This document shows, piece after piece, positions 30,372 to 40,173 of a stretch of DNA of 64,000 bases. Under the pieces are notes generated by a model that saw only the letters and a list, made by a program, of their open reading frames with translations, did not search any database and had not been told where the DNA came from. Within the stretch, counting starts at the first letter, position 1. Each line of letters opens with the position of its first letter. Position numbers and translations under genes: made by a program. The DNA comes from an uncultured delta proteobacterium (GTDB lineage: Bacteria > Desulfobacterota > Desulfobacteria > Desulfobacterales > JAHEIW01): positions 295,987 to 359,986 of the forward strand of contig CAVPNL010000008.1 of NCBI GenBank assembly GCA_963706575.1, given 5' to 3'.

Positions 30372-31106
30372 TTATATTGGACTAAGGCGGATTCCTAAAT
30401 CCGCAAGTTGCTTTATTATCAAAGATTCCCATCCGCGGTTGGCCTGCGGATTTGCAGGGCTTGGATGGGTAATCACACCTATTTTGACCTTGTGGTCATT
30501 TAGTGCTATCCGTGCGCGTTTTTCAGCGAATTTGCCCACGCCTACAACATAACCCGGTTTAAAGTATTCAATTGTGCGGCGCAGGGCGTGATCGCAAATT
30601 TCTTCCAGCGGCTTTCGTTCCGCGACGCGGATTTGGTCCGGCGTACGGTTTCGACCGCTCTTTTCAATAAAAAGCAGGGGGCAATAGTTCGCCACGAAAA
30701 AGCGTTTAAAGAAACGGGTCGGTGTTTGAAATGCTTTCTGGGCCCAGCCCCACAGTCGTCTCCCGCTGACCTCTCTTTTCGTACAGGAAAATCCCATCAC
30801 CGGTCGTTTGGGGTGCATTTCGGTCGGGGTGCCGACCGGGGCGTTAATCTGCATCCAGCTTCGGACCGCATTGAGTTCACCAAAGGGAATGCCGGTTTGG
30901 GCCATCCCCCACGGACCGGGATTCATTCCTAAAAACACAACCTCTTTGGGCGTGGACGCAAATTTTGAGTGATATTGCCTCAAGGGCTCCCGTGCGTATT
31001 CAAGCGGGTTATAAACATGTGTGACCGGCGGCCCGAATCGTAAAGGGCGCAGCGCATTAACCAAATCGGCAACAATCGATTCAAGACGATCAAGATCAGG
31101 ATTCAT
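30372..31106 (-). CDS. SMUG1-type (family 3) uracil-DNA glycosylase
   Basis: GMNPGPWGMAQTGIPFG, EVSGRRLW, NYCPL, HPSPANP. Confidence 0.92.
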   Translation of the reverse strand: MNPDLDRLESIVADLVNALRPLRFGPPVTHVYNPLEYAREPLRQYHSKFASTPKEVVFLGMNPGPWGMAQTGIPFGELNAVRSWMQINAPVGTPTEMHPKRPVMGFSCTKREVSGRRLWGWAQKAFQTPTRFFKRFFVANYCPLLFIEKSGRNRTPDQIRVAERKPLEEICDHALRRTIEYFKPGYVVGVGKFAEKRARIALNDHKVKIGVITHPSPANPQANRGWESLIIKQLADLGIRLSPI

Positions 31107-31300
31107 TTTTTTCGTTTTTCGCGGCAGCCTTTATCGGTCAAACAATAAGATGGTTGCTTGTCCGGTCCGCAAAAAAAAGACTCTTCCATACGCTCCAGAA
31201 AACCATCCGTAACCATGTTATCCAGATCTTTTCTTCTACCCAAATGATTTCCCGGATAATACACACCCCTTTGCATTTTTACCAAAATCTCTTGCTTCAT
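31103..31300 (-). CDS. Small hypothetical protein (possible winged-helix fragment)
   Basis: ATG 31300 after GAGGA; stop overlaps the UDG start; ..GFLER..YCLTDKG. Confidence 0.55.
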   Translation of the reverse strand: MKQEILVKMQRGVYYPGNHLGRRKDLDNMVTDGFLERMEESFFCGPDKQPSYCLTDKGCREKRKK

Positions 31301-31393
31301 GAGTTCCTCTCGGGCTTTCTTAGAAGTGGTTTCATAACCGCATCTAAGCATCAATTCTGAATGCAGCAATCAATCGTCGCTTCATTTATCAAG

Positions 31394-31831
31394 TCAGAGG
31401 TGTTTTTTCATGCACACCGCAGTCTCCGGACAAAGGCTTTTAAATTCAGTTGTTTCCTGCAGAGCAGGAGGCGTCGATTTACGGTCGGTTTTTTGATATC
31501 CCCGTCCGCTGAAAAAGTCTTCAGCCGTCAGGGTCAGCAGATACAGGGTAGCCACTTTTTGTGAACGGGCATATTCTTCTATTTTATTGACCAATTGGGT
31601 TGCCAATCCTTGTCGGCGATAGGCTTTCGCAACTGCCAGTGATCGCAGCAACCCCACATCCTCTTTTTGCTCGAGACCCACCACCCCGGCTAAGGTTAAG
31701 GCAGAGTCGTCTTTCACGATCAAAAAGTGTTGCAGCTGATATGATCTGATATCCTGATGATGGAGGTCGCTGTCCGTCAGGATTTGTTTGATCTGTTTCT
31801 CATCTTCGGCAGATGCAAAGGAAAATTTCAT
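31394..31831 (-). CDS. arsN2: GNAT N-acetyltransferase, ArsN2-like
   Basis: GLLRSLAV, YRRQGLA, YLLTLTAEDFF, EFKSLCPETAVCM. Confidence 0.8.
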   Translation of the reverse strand: MKFSFASAEDEKQIKQILTDSDLHHQDIRSYQLQHFLIVKDDSALTLAGVVGLEQKEDVGLLRSLAVAKAYRRQGLATQLVNKIEEYARSQKVATLYLLTLTAEDFFSGRGYQKTDRKSTPPALQETTEFKSLCPETAVCMKKHL

Positions 31832-31905
31832 AAGAATCAACGCTCAATTTGAATCCTAAGTTGATCGATAAATAGAAAATGATCCATTTTTAAAATTTGA
31901 AACGA

Positions 31906-32457
31906 TCAAATTAGGTGATATACGTACATGGGATCATTGTGCCAGCTGCTTTTCAGTCTTAAGATCTTGCTGGGAACGAACCCGGGCAACGAAAAATTGC
32001 TCGATACAACAACAGTGCCCGGTTTAAGACCGACCGTAAGCTTGTCGGCCAATTTTTTCATCACGTCCGGGTAAAGATAACAAAATACGACATCTGCGCC
32101 TGATAGATCTGCTTCCCAAAAATTTTCGCGTCTAATCTTAATTTTGTTCAGCCCGAAAGAAAATAATCGGGCTTTTAGGTAGGCCACCGGGTTGATTTCA
32201 TAACCGATGGTATGAACCCCATATCGTTTTTGCGCTTCGCGAAGCACGCGTCCGTCACCACAGCCTAAATCGACCAACGTTTGGTCGGCTCTCATGGGAA
32301 CTGCATTTATAAAGGCGGCGATTTTTGCTCGAGAAGTTGAAACATAAAGTGCACCCTGGGTAAACGGCAGAACCAGGGCGATGCTAAGCACATATAAGAT
32401 TTTCAGGGCAAAAAGGCCCCCGGCCAAAATGATGAATATCCAGATCCAAGCGGCCAT
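31906..32457 (-). CDS. Class I SAM-dependent methyltransferase with N-terminal TM helix (FAM173-like)
   Basis: DLGCGDGR, GYEINP, DVVFCYL. Confidence 0.85.
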   Translation of the reverse strand: MAAWIWIFIILAGGLFALKILYVLSIALVLPFTQGALYVSTSRAKIAAFINAVPMRADQTLVDLGCGDGRVLREAQKRYGVHTIGYEINPVAYLKARLFSFGLNKIKIRRENFWEADLSGADVVFCYLYPDVMKKLADKLTVGLKPGTVVVSSNFSLPGFVPSKILRLKSSWHNDPMYVYHLI

Positions 32458-32791
32458 GTCTCTGTCTTACGTCTGATAAAAAAAAATGACAACAGCCGTA
32501 TCTGAATCATATCCTTTTGGCAGTGTCAAGTCATTATCTAGTCATTTTTTTCGGCCTAACCCGCCTAAATCAACGTTTCACAGGCATGGGTTCTTCTATA
32601 TTGGTTGTATTTTCAAAGATTTTTCAACATGAGGGCCATCCCCGGGGAACCGACGCTTTGAATATCGAATATCGAACAAGGAATGTAGAAGTAAGAAGCT
32701 TTTTTGTTTTTTTAATACTTCGACATTCATTATTGCTTGTTCGGTGTTCTGCAGTTCAATCCCGTACAGGATTATGCCCATTGTTTTCGGA

Positions 32792-33409
32792 TTAAAAAAC
32801 AGCACTGATAAAGGCGATCAACCCGAAAGCCAGGATGACAACACCGGAAATTTTGTTCATCAGCGCCAATTTCCCTCCGCTGATTTTATTACGAAAAATG
32901 CCTGTCGCACCGCTTAAAAGTAGCCACCAGGCACCGGAACCGCTAAATACGCCGATGACCATCAGGCCGGCCGATGCATAATGGATTGATTCACTGACGA
33001 TCCCCAGACCGGCAAATATGCCGGCAAAAAACAGAATCGTCATCGGGTTGGTCAGTGTTAGAAAAAAGGTGGTTCCATATGCGGAGAGGATGGTAGTGTT
33101 TGCCATCGAAACCGTCTGTTCCTGAGGTTTCCTCAGAAATGCCCGTATTCCCAAATAGCAAAGAAAAAGTCCTCCGATGATTCGAAACCCGATAGATTGA
33201 TCGACTAAAAAATTGGAAATAAAGGTTAGGCCGAAAGCGGCGATAAAGCCGTAAAGGGCATCGGCGGTGGCCGCTCCCAGTCCGGTGACCAATCCCTGAA
33301 CATTACCACCCGATAATGTGCGTTGAATGCACAGGATTCCAATGGGCCCCACCGGTGCCGCAATTGAGAAACCGATGACAAAGCCCTTAATAAATAAGCT
33401 CCATTCCAT
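32792..33409 (-). CDS. LysE family translocator
   Basis: IAAPVGPIGILCIQR, GLGAATADALY, TLTNP. Confidence 0.9.
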   Translation of the reverse strand: MEWSLFIKGFVIGFSIAAPVGPIGILCIQRTLSGGNVQGLVTGLGAATADALYGFIAAFGLTFISNFLVDQSIGFRIIGGLFLCYLGIRAFLRKPQEQTVSMANTTILSAYGTTFFLTLTNPMTILFFAGIFAGLGIVSESIHYASAGLMVIGVFSGSGAWWLLLSGATGIFRNKISGGKLALMNKISGVVILAFGLIAFISAVF

Positions 33410-34371
33410 TATTTTTTATCGACGGCAACCACTGAAATGCTCGGCTTTTCGTTAACGGTCAACTGAAACACATCGGGGCGGGCGTAATGCCCCACAACGT
33501 CAAAATCAAATTTGCTGCGTGCAATCGCAGCTAAATCTAAATCGGCAAATAAGATACCCGCCTGCTCATAAAGCGGTCCGGCCAGCACTTTTCCCAGGGG
33601 AGAAATGATTACGCTGCCGCCGCGACACATTATTTCCGGTTGTTGATCCAATTCCTTTAGCGCTTTTAAATCATCCGGATACATCTCCTTGGTCATATAT
33701 TGATTGCAGCCCAATACGAAACAGCGCCCTTCACAAGCAATGTGACGCAATGTCGCCTGCCAGGTGTCTGTGGCATCGGCTGTCGGAGCCAAGTACAATT
33801 CAACCCCCTTGTTGTACATGGCCATTCGGGCCAGCGGCATATAATTTTCCCAGCAGATCAACCCGCCGATGCTGCCGATTTCGGTCTGAATAACGGTTAA
33901 GGTGCTCCCGTCACCTTCGCCCCATATCAATCGTTCACCACCGGTTGGTTTAAGTTTTTGATGTTTGCCCAGAAACCGGCCGTCGGGTCCGAAATATAAA
34001 AGGGTACAATACACCGTGCCGGTGCTGCGTGCGGCATCGCGCTCGATTACGCCTATCGCCAGATAGACATTTGCTTTTTTAGCGGCTTCTCCCAGTCTAT
34101 GGGTCGTGGGGCCCGGGACTTCGACGGTATTTTCCCAGTATCGCTGCCAGACCTTGCGGCCGACCGGGCTGCGGCTTCCCACCACGGTGCCGAATGCCAG
34201 ACCTCGCGGGTAGGCAGGAATAAACGCCTCGGGAAACAATATAAGCCGGGCGCCTTGATCGGCGGCCTGCTCAATTAAACCACAGGCTTTTTCCACCGTG
34301 GCCTCGCGGTCGAACAAAACCGGTGCAGCCTGCACAACCGCCACTTTTATTTTTTGGTTTTTTGGGGTCAT
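33409..34371 (-). CDS. Nitrilase (carbon-nitrogen hydrolase family)
   Basis: FPEAFIPAYP, KLKPT, ICWENYMPL, DVVGHYARPD. Confidence 0.93.
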   Translation of the reverse strand: MTPKNQKIKVAVVQAAPVLFDREATVEKACGLIEQAADQGARLILFPEAFIPAYPRGLAFGTVVGSRSPVGRKVWQRYWENTVEVPGPTTHRLGEAAKKANVYLAIGVIERDAARSTGTVYCTLLYFGPDGRFLGKHQKLKPTGGERLIWGEGDGSTLTVIQTEIGSIGGLICWENYMPLARMAMYNKGVELYLAPTADATDTWQATLRHIACEGRCFVLGCNQYMTKEMYPDDLKALKELDQQPEIMCRGGSVIISPLGKVLAGPLYEQAGILFADLDLAAIARSKFDFDVVGHYARPDVFQLTVNEKPSISVVAVDKK

Positions 34372-34372
34372 T

Positions 34373-34963
34373 TTATCTCTTTTTTTGCCAGATCATATGG
34401 TGTTGGGAAAAAGGTCCATGAATCCGTTTTTCATGAAAGTGTTGATCGAAATCTTGTTTTTCAAATACATTTTTAGCGTCCGCAATACAATAAAGACTGT
34501 GTTTTTTAACCAGCGGCTGAAAAAATTGTGCAATCCATTTAGGGAAGGTAAGATCAAGCCACAGCAAAAAGCCTCCCGGTCTCAAAACTCGGGCAACTTC
34601 CCTGACGGCAGTCTGCCATTTCGGCAGATGGTGAAATACGTTCTGAGACACAACCAGATCAAAGCGGGCTTCCTGAAATGAAAGGTGTGCGGCGTCTTCC
34701 ACCTGGTAAATTAAAGACTCATTTTCGGGATGCCGTTTGCGGGCGATTTGAATCTGTTTGTGATCATAATCGGTGCCCCAGACCTTCATGTTATAAGTTT
34801 CCGACAGAAAGGCTGCCACATCTCCGATACCACAGCCCAGCTCCAAGACATCCTTCAACGCTTCTGAGGGAAGCGCTGTGAGGTCCTGGCGCACTCTGGC
34901 AATATTGCGCTCGGCCTTTTTTTCGCGATTGACCAACCATTTCTCGAGGCGTGTCATTTCCAT
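34373..34963 (-). CDS. Class I SAM-dependent methyltransferase
   Basis: LELGCGIG, FDLVV, VFHHL, RVLRPGG; start refined to ATG 34963. Confidence 0.85.
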   Translation of the reverse strand: MEMTRLEKWLVNREKKAERNIARVRQDLTALPSEALKDVLELGCGIGDVAAFLSETYNMKVWGTDYDHKQIQIARKRHPENESLIYQVEDAAHLSFQEARFDLVVSQNVFHHLPKWQTAVREVARVLRPGGFLLWLDLTFPKWIAQFFQPLVKKHSLYCIADAKNVFEKQDFDQHFHEKRIHGPFSQHHMIWQKKR

Positions 34964-35140
34964 CAGATTATTCGCCTTTTTATCCGCTTGCGTTCGCCGA
35001 GGAGAACGTAAGGACGGTTGCTCCTGAGTGCCGTTTCCGCAAAGGCGGATTGCAGGGAGTTTCATTTTGACGAAGCATGAAGATTTTTAAAATCGGTGTA
35101 ACCCGGCTTTTTTTGACCCTCGCTGCTAACCAAACCCACC

Positions 35141-35189
35141 GTGTTTGTCACGACCTTTTGAAATTGGCAAACTAAAGGTCGGACAAACA
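35141..35189. repeat. Long intergenic hairpin (terminator or REP-like)
   Basis: TGTTTGTC-A-CGACCTTT ... AAAGGTCG-GACAAACA. Confidence 0.6.
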
Positions 35190-35196
35190 GGTGTAT

Positions 35197-35601
35197 TCAC
35201 GTTGCCGGAACATGGGTCGTAGTGACTTCGGCTAAAAGCCGGCCTTGAGTGCCGGTCACCCGGGTTCGTATGACGGTGACCCGTTTACCGCTGCGGACAA
35301 ATCGTGCTTCTGCCTTGATTTCTCCTTCACGTTGATTGCCCAGCAGATTGGTGTTCAAATTTATCGCGAGGGGAAAGCCTTTTCCATCCGGACTGAGTTC
35401 GACTTTTTCCAGGGCCAGTACCGTGGCGGTTACATCCGCGAGCCACAACATGGCTCCGGCATGTACGGTGCCGAATGGATTGAGAATTCCTTCTTTGATC
35501 GGCATGATGCTGATAACATAGTCTGCTTTGCGTTCTTTAATAAAAAATTCAATCTCACCGGTCTTTTTGCTTTCTGCAATCTTATCGGCGATGCTTTTCA
35601 T
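35197..35601 (-). CDS. PaaI family hotdog thioesterase
   Basis: NPFGTVHAGAM..LAD, RSGKRVTV. Confidence 0.88.
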   Translation of the reverse strand: MKSIADKIAESKKTGEIEFFIKERKADYVISIMPIKEGILNPFGTVHAGAMLWLADVTATVLALEKVELSPDGKGFPLAINLNTNLLGNQREGEIKAEARFVRSGKRVTVIRTRVTGTQGRLLAEVTTTHVPAT

Positions 35602-35631
35602 TCTGAGTCCCTTTTTTGAGATGGGTTCTAG

Positions 35632-36027
35632 TTAGCGTGTAAACATATCGATTACGCGGCCAGAATCGGTTTCGCATAATCCAAAGCCACCGCTCTTGAA
35701 TCCGAGCACGTTATCAGAAAGCCTGAATTTGCATCGCATCTTACCGCCTCTGTCTCCCTGCAAAAAAGCCTCTGTCTTTCCGGGAAATTCATAGACACTC
35801 GGGTATTCCTTACTCGAATCAACCGTCGCTTCATCAACGATTCCGCCCACAAAATGTTCCCCATCCGGCATGGTCATCTGAATTTTGACGGATCCGAATT
35901 TTTCGTCCTCGTATGAAAAAATTATCCGCTTGCCGGTGTATCGATCGATTCCTTTCATCGTTCCCGCGCAGGCTATAACTGCAAAAATCAAAATTGCTAA
36001 GCCGATTAATCGGATCTGCATTTTCAT
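35632..36027 (-). CDS. Putative lipoprotein
   Basis: Lipobox VIAC; MPDGEHFVG, MRCKF, GGFGLC. Confidence 0.7.
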   Translation of the reverse strand: MKMQIRLIGLAILIFAVIACAGTMKGIDRYTGKRIIFSYEDEKFGSVKIQMTMPDGEHFVGGIVDEATVDSSKEYPSVYEFPGKTEAFLQGDRGGKMRCKFRLSDNVLGFKSGGFGLCETDSGRVIDMFTR

Positions 36028-36229
36028 TTTTCAATCCTTTCTGCTTCGGCAAATTCCTGTTTGAGAAAAGATACGGCTGTCCCCGTCTGCAGCGGGATCA
36101 AGGCAAAGCCGCCGGATCAGGGCTTAAGGCGATAATTTAAGTTGCTGCTCCCGGGGTAGTGTTTGATTTTTTAAGGATTTGTATTGCTTATAGAGGATAT
36201 ATCCGCCCCATACAAGAGCGAATTCTAAT

Positions 36230-36257
36230 AAAAAAAGCAGCACCTTTATGATGCTGC
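36230..36257 (-). terminator. Intrinsic terminator
   Basis: GCAGCA-loop-TGCTGC with a 7-T tail on the minus strand, after the 36308 stop. Confidence 0.6.
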
Positions 36258-36307
36258 CCTTGGGTCGGTTTATAGCGATAATGCTCTCTGTTCAGTTGGA
36301 CCTGTGA

Positions 36308-36481
36308 TCAATCCAGGTAGACGACTTCTGATTTGGCTACGGAACTGTTTCTCAACGAGCGCTTATTTTTCTTTTCCCTTTCTTTTACTTTTTTGCGTTC
36401 CCTGGCAATGATAATCAGCATGACGACAATCACACCGATTTCTGCCAGCAATAATAATCCCTGAGAAATGAGTTCCTGCAT
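36308..36481 (-). CDS. Small single-pass membrane protein
   Basis: AGGAG SD, ATG 36481, hydrophobic helix followed by a basic tail. Confidence 0.6.
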   Translation of the reverse strand: MQELISQGLLLLAEIGVIVVMLIIIARERKKVKEREKKNKRSLRNSSVAKSEVVYLD

Positions 36482-36670
36482 TAGGTTCTCCTGTAAGCTT
36501 ATATTTCTCATATCGGGAATAATCGGCCAAACTTTAGGTCTAACATCACGGGATTTCCATAACAGATTAATATTAAACAGGTTTTTTTGTGTTGGTCGAC
36601 TTAAAAATCTTTGTCGAATGGTGAAATATCCGATCATTTGGTAGGAGCGAATGAACTGTTCGTTTTATGG

Positions 36671-37489
36671 CTAAGTAAACTTTACACCAATTCCGAAAGT
36701 ATATTTGAACTTCTCATCAGCGACCTCTTTACACCACCTGACTACCGATCTGTAGGTTCTGGGGGCGGACTTAAAAGGCTGGGTATCAAATTTGATGTTT
36801 AATTTTGTTCCCGGTTTGAAGGCCACTTCTGATTCCAACAACATGCCGTCACTGCTGAGGTCTTTGGTTTGCGCATAGCTCAAAGCTCCGGAATTCGCAT
36901 CTTCAAGGATGACGGTGACCCGATGCAAAAAACGCTTATTTTTTCTAAATCCGGTTGCTGCGCTCAATTCGGAAAACGCGGACTGCACGGAATCATCGCC
37001 CTGAGTTCTCGGAATTTTCAGCATTCGCAGCGGTAATTCATGCTTTCTTAATGAATATTTTCTGTGTAAATTCTTGTTGCAATCCGGACACCCGTGACCC
37101 TTTATTCTGCTTTTGACGGTGGCTTGCCATTCATGGCCTTCTTCACAAATCCACCACACTTTCTTTTTAAAACCGGAACTCAGATTTCTCAGGTTCAGTC
37201 CGCTATTTTTGGTCAGATGCCATTCCTTGCGGAGATCGGTATTTGTAATTAATGTTTCATTATTTTCGGCCAGGGTGGGTCTGTTGCAAAGCGGACAACC
37301 GCTACCGCGGTTTCTGCTATATACGGGTGCTTGCCATTCATGCCCGCTGTTACATATCCACCACACTTTTTTGCCAGAGCCGGGTGTAACATTTCTGGGG
37401 TTTAAATCTCCGTTTCGGGTTGGGTGCCATTCTTTGGCAAGGCTCGGATTGATAACAGCCAGATTATATTGATCGGTAACTTTAGGCAT
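36671..37489 (-). CDS. Two DUF4379-like zinc-ribbon repeats fused to a PilZ domain
   Basis: 2x EWH..KN...KKVWWIC..GHEWQA.V.SR..G.GCP.C; C-terminal RKNKR and DLSSDG PilZ motifs, ending IGVKF. Confidence 0.8.
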   Translation of the reverse strand: MPKVTDQYNLAVINPSLAKEWHPTRNGDLNPRNVTPGSGKKVWWICNSGHEWQAPVYSRNRGSGCPLCNRPTLAENNETLITNTDLRKEWHLTKNSGLNLRNLSSGFKKKVWWICEEGHEWQATVKSRIKGHGCPDCNKNLHRKYSLRKHELPLRMLKIPRTQGDDSVQSAFSELSAATGFRKNKRFLHRVTVILEDANSGALSYAQTKDLSSDGMLLESEVAFKPGTKLNIKFDTQPFKSAPRTYRSVVRWCKEVADEKFKYTFGIGVKFT

Positions 37490-37739
37490 ATTTTCTCTTT
37501 AAGATTGATTTCTAATATAGGAGCTGTAAGCGTAAACTGTGACAAGATCAGGGGGGGCAACACCATATCTAATATTAGATGACGCTGAAAATATCAATAG
37601 CATTTTTGGAAACATTTTAATTTTTATTGTCAGATAAAAATTTTGGATCGCATTATCCATTTTGAGGTGGGGCTTACAAATTTCCAGCTGAAATAAGTGT
37701 TATGCCGCCAAAGGCCAGTACGACGCCGACGGAAAGAAT

Positions 37740-38165
37740 TTATTTTCTGTTGATAACGACTTCACCTGTAACGCCATCAACGGTCGCGGCCTGACCTGTT
37801 TGAAGCCGGTCGAAGGCGGCCCGGGTCAAAGCGACCACCGGGATTGCCGTGCCATAAAAATGCTTGCTGATGATCGGGCCGGCCACCAGCAGCGGATCAG
37901 TTTCGATATTGATTATGGCAGCCGGAGCTGTTGCCTGTTTGGCCAGTTCCAGCAGAACCAGGGGTGCTGCAGCCGATCCTTTTCCATAGGGAAAGGCCAA
38001 AATTTTAGCGGTAATGGATTGATCAAATAGTTCGTGACGCGGATCGATGATCATGCCGGTTGCCGGATCAACTCCACCCCAAAAACTAATGCTTTGGTGG
38101 GTGGTTAAGATTTCACCACTGCCATGGCCTGCAACCAGGGATCTGCATTTTAGGATTATAGCCAT
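37740..38165 (-). CDS. Aconitase X swivel subunit (DUF126)
   Basis: ISFWGGVDPATG, FPYGKGS. Confidence 0.9.
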   Translation of the reverse strand: MAIILKCRSLVAGHGSGEILTTHQSISFWGGVDPATGMIIDPRHELFDQSITAKILAFPYGKGSAAAPLVLLELAKQATAPAAIINIETDPLLVAGPIISKHFYGTAIPVVALTRAAFDRLQTGQAATVDGVTGEVVINRK

Positions 38166-39418
38166 GCTGGTGGCCTCCTTACGATTTTTCCGGCCACTGC
38201 CGATTCCACGCACTCCCGGATACTGCCGTAAGCAACCTTATAGCCGGCTTGGGAAAAAATATAATTAGCTGCTTTGGCGGAATTGGTCATCATGGTGCCC
38301 GAAGGCTTCAAAGACTGAGGATAGAGTAACAAACAGCCATCGGTATAAGCTTCAATACCCGCATGCGTTAATTTTTCTAGTATTCCTGTGGTTTCGACGC
38401 GACGTAATATTTCGCGGCTGGTGAAAACCGAGAAGGCGATATCTGAGCTTGTCTTTTTGCCGGCTATGCACTTCGCCAATTCGGTAAATTCCGCGTACGA
38501 AAAATGCGGACAGCCGAGCCCAACCCAATCAAGCTGTTCATTTTCAGTCGTGCAAAGTAGCGCTTCGGATTTTTTTAGCGCATCGGGTCCGACCGTAATG
38601 GTTTGTATGGTTGTGTCATTTTTTAAACAAGACTCTAATGTCGGCGCTTCCGGCGTGATTCCGACCATATGAAAAAGTGCTGTGGCACCCGACGAAGCAG
38701 TTGCGGCGCCGAACCCCTTCAAATCATCCATTGTTACAGATTCGGGTATGCCGGAAATTGCAACAACCTGATTGCCGCATTGTTTGCCGATAAAATATCC
38801 CAGCAGCGGATAAAAGCGTGGATCGGCATAAGCTTCCGTCGGAAAATCTTCAAGTCTGGCGTGAATAGCCGCCATGCGGTTTTCATCCAGGTAGAGCCCG
38901 GCCTTGGGAGCACGCCCGGTCAAGGCACAGCAAATATCCACCAGATCACCGGTACGATTGGTCCGGGCACCGAGAACGGAATTGACAAAAACGATGGCGT
39001 TGGATTCCGACCACGCAACCAGGTCGCCGGGTTTCGGCAAGATCCCATCCTGATAGGGCGCGCAGGTCCAGGCGGGAATCGCTCCCATGGTAAGGTGGGC
39101 TTTTTCCAGGCGCTTTATTTTGTCGGCCAGCTCTGCAGAGACGCCGTATGACCGGCAGCGCTCGATATCAAATGAGGTATTGTTCATGGAAGTGGGCACG
39201 GCCACCTGGCCGCCTGTTGCGGCAAGATGTTCAACGAACTCAAGGCCGGCATCACCCAGATAAAAGCCGCTATCCGTGTGTACGTGCATGATTTCAACCA
39301 TCTCCGGCGCATCGATGGCTTCGCCCAGGTCTACCAGGATAGACATGGCCATGCCCACCGCCTCACCCAGATAGCCGTCACGCATTTTCTTTTCGTCGTC
39401 AGTGAGATACAATTGCAC
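38156..39418 (-). CDS. Aconitase X catalytic subunit (DUF521)
   Basis: WTCAPY, AWSESNA, NSVLGARTNR, LGCPHFS, TNSAK. Confidence 0.9.
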   Translation of the reverse strand: MQLYLTDDEKKMRDGYLGEAVGMAMSILVDLGEAIDAPEMVEIMHVHTDSGFYLGDAGLEFVEHLAATGGQVAVPTSMNNTSFDIERCRSYGVSAELADKIKRLEKAHLTMGAIPAWTCAPYQDGILPKPGDLVAWSESNAIVFVNSVLGARTNRTGDLVDICCALTGRAPKAGLYLDENRMAAIHARLEDFPTEAYADPRFYPLLGYFIGKQCGNQVVAISGIPESVTMDDLKGFGAATASSGATALFHMVGITPEAPTLESCLKNDTTIQTITVGPDALKKSEALLCTTENEQLDWVGLGCPHFSYAEFTELAKCIAGKKTSSDIAFSVFTSREILRRVETTGILEKLTHAGIEAYTDGCLLLYPQSLKPSGTMMTNSAKAANYIFSQAGYKVAYGSIRECVESAVAGKIVRRPPAWL

Positions 39419-39466
39419 CTCCTCTCAAACTTTATTCCATTACCACGACATCTTGTAAAGATCTAT

Positions 39467-39507
39467 AAAAAGCAAAAGCGCGGAAATCAGCAATCCACGC
39501 TTTTGTT
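39467..39507. terminator. Hairpin / likely terminator after the flavoprotein gene
   Basis: CAAAAGCGCGGA...TCCACGCTTTTG with A and T flanks. Confidence 0.5.
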
Positions 39508-39527
39508 ATTAAATTTGAAGGATTATT

Positions 39528-40094
39528 TTAGTCCACTAACGAGCGAGCCAGTTTTAAAGCATTATCCTTGACCTCATCTGGTAACTCAGCAGGCACGCTG
39601 CACTCACCCACGTACAATTCACCAGATTTTCTGGCCAAATAATAGTCCACAACCCGATCAAAGGATGTAAACATGCCTTCAGCATTTTCCTCATAAGGGT
39701 CCGCCCCGGTGACCAGCAGGCCGATGCGTTTCCCTTCCAATAAAGAAGTCCATCCCGGTTTGTGGTAGTTGGTAACCAGGGAGTAGCCCCGATCGATAAG
39801 CGCCTTGATTTGGGAGGAAAAGCCCCAGAAATATATCGGCGAGGCAAACAGGATCCCCTCGGATGAGATCATTTGTTCCATGATATCTATCGCGTCGTCT
39901 TTTTGAACACAGGCAATTTCATCGGGATTCTCCCCGCATTTGTCGCATCCCAGACAGCCCCCGATAGATTTGTTATTGAGGTAGATGCGTTCCACCTCGT
40001 GGCCCAGTGATTTGAGTTCTTCCTCCACCCATCCCAGAACAGTTGCGGTATTTCCTTTCTTCCTGGCGCTGCCCAAGAGCGTGGTGATTTGCAT
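39528..40094 (-). CDS. Flavodoxin-like iron-sulfur flavoprotein / NADPH-dependent FMN reductase
   Basis: GSARKKGNT, CLGCDKC.......C, ASPIYFW, KALIDR. Confidence 0.88.
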   Translation of the reverse strand: MQITTLLGSARKKGNTATVLGWVEEELKSLGHEVERIYLNNKSIGGCLGCDKCGENPDEIACVQKDDAIDIMEQMISSEGILFASPIYFWGFSSQIKALIDRGYSLVTNYHKPGWTSLLEGKRIGLLVTGADPYEENAEGMFTSFDRVVDYYLARKSGELYVGECSVPAELPDEVKDNALKLARSLVD

Positions 40095-40173
40095 TGTCGA
40101 TTCTCCTTTGGAATTTTTTAAATATTTGTATGATGGTTTAGCGAAATTTGAAATTTTGGGATTAGGGTAGAAG

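Noticed and set aside
36040..36180. c-di-GMP-I or other riboswitch upstream of the lipoprotein gene
   Set aside because: GCAAA-like words lie on the wrong strand, and the GEMM P1/P2 architecture could not be built
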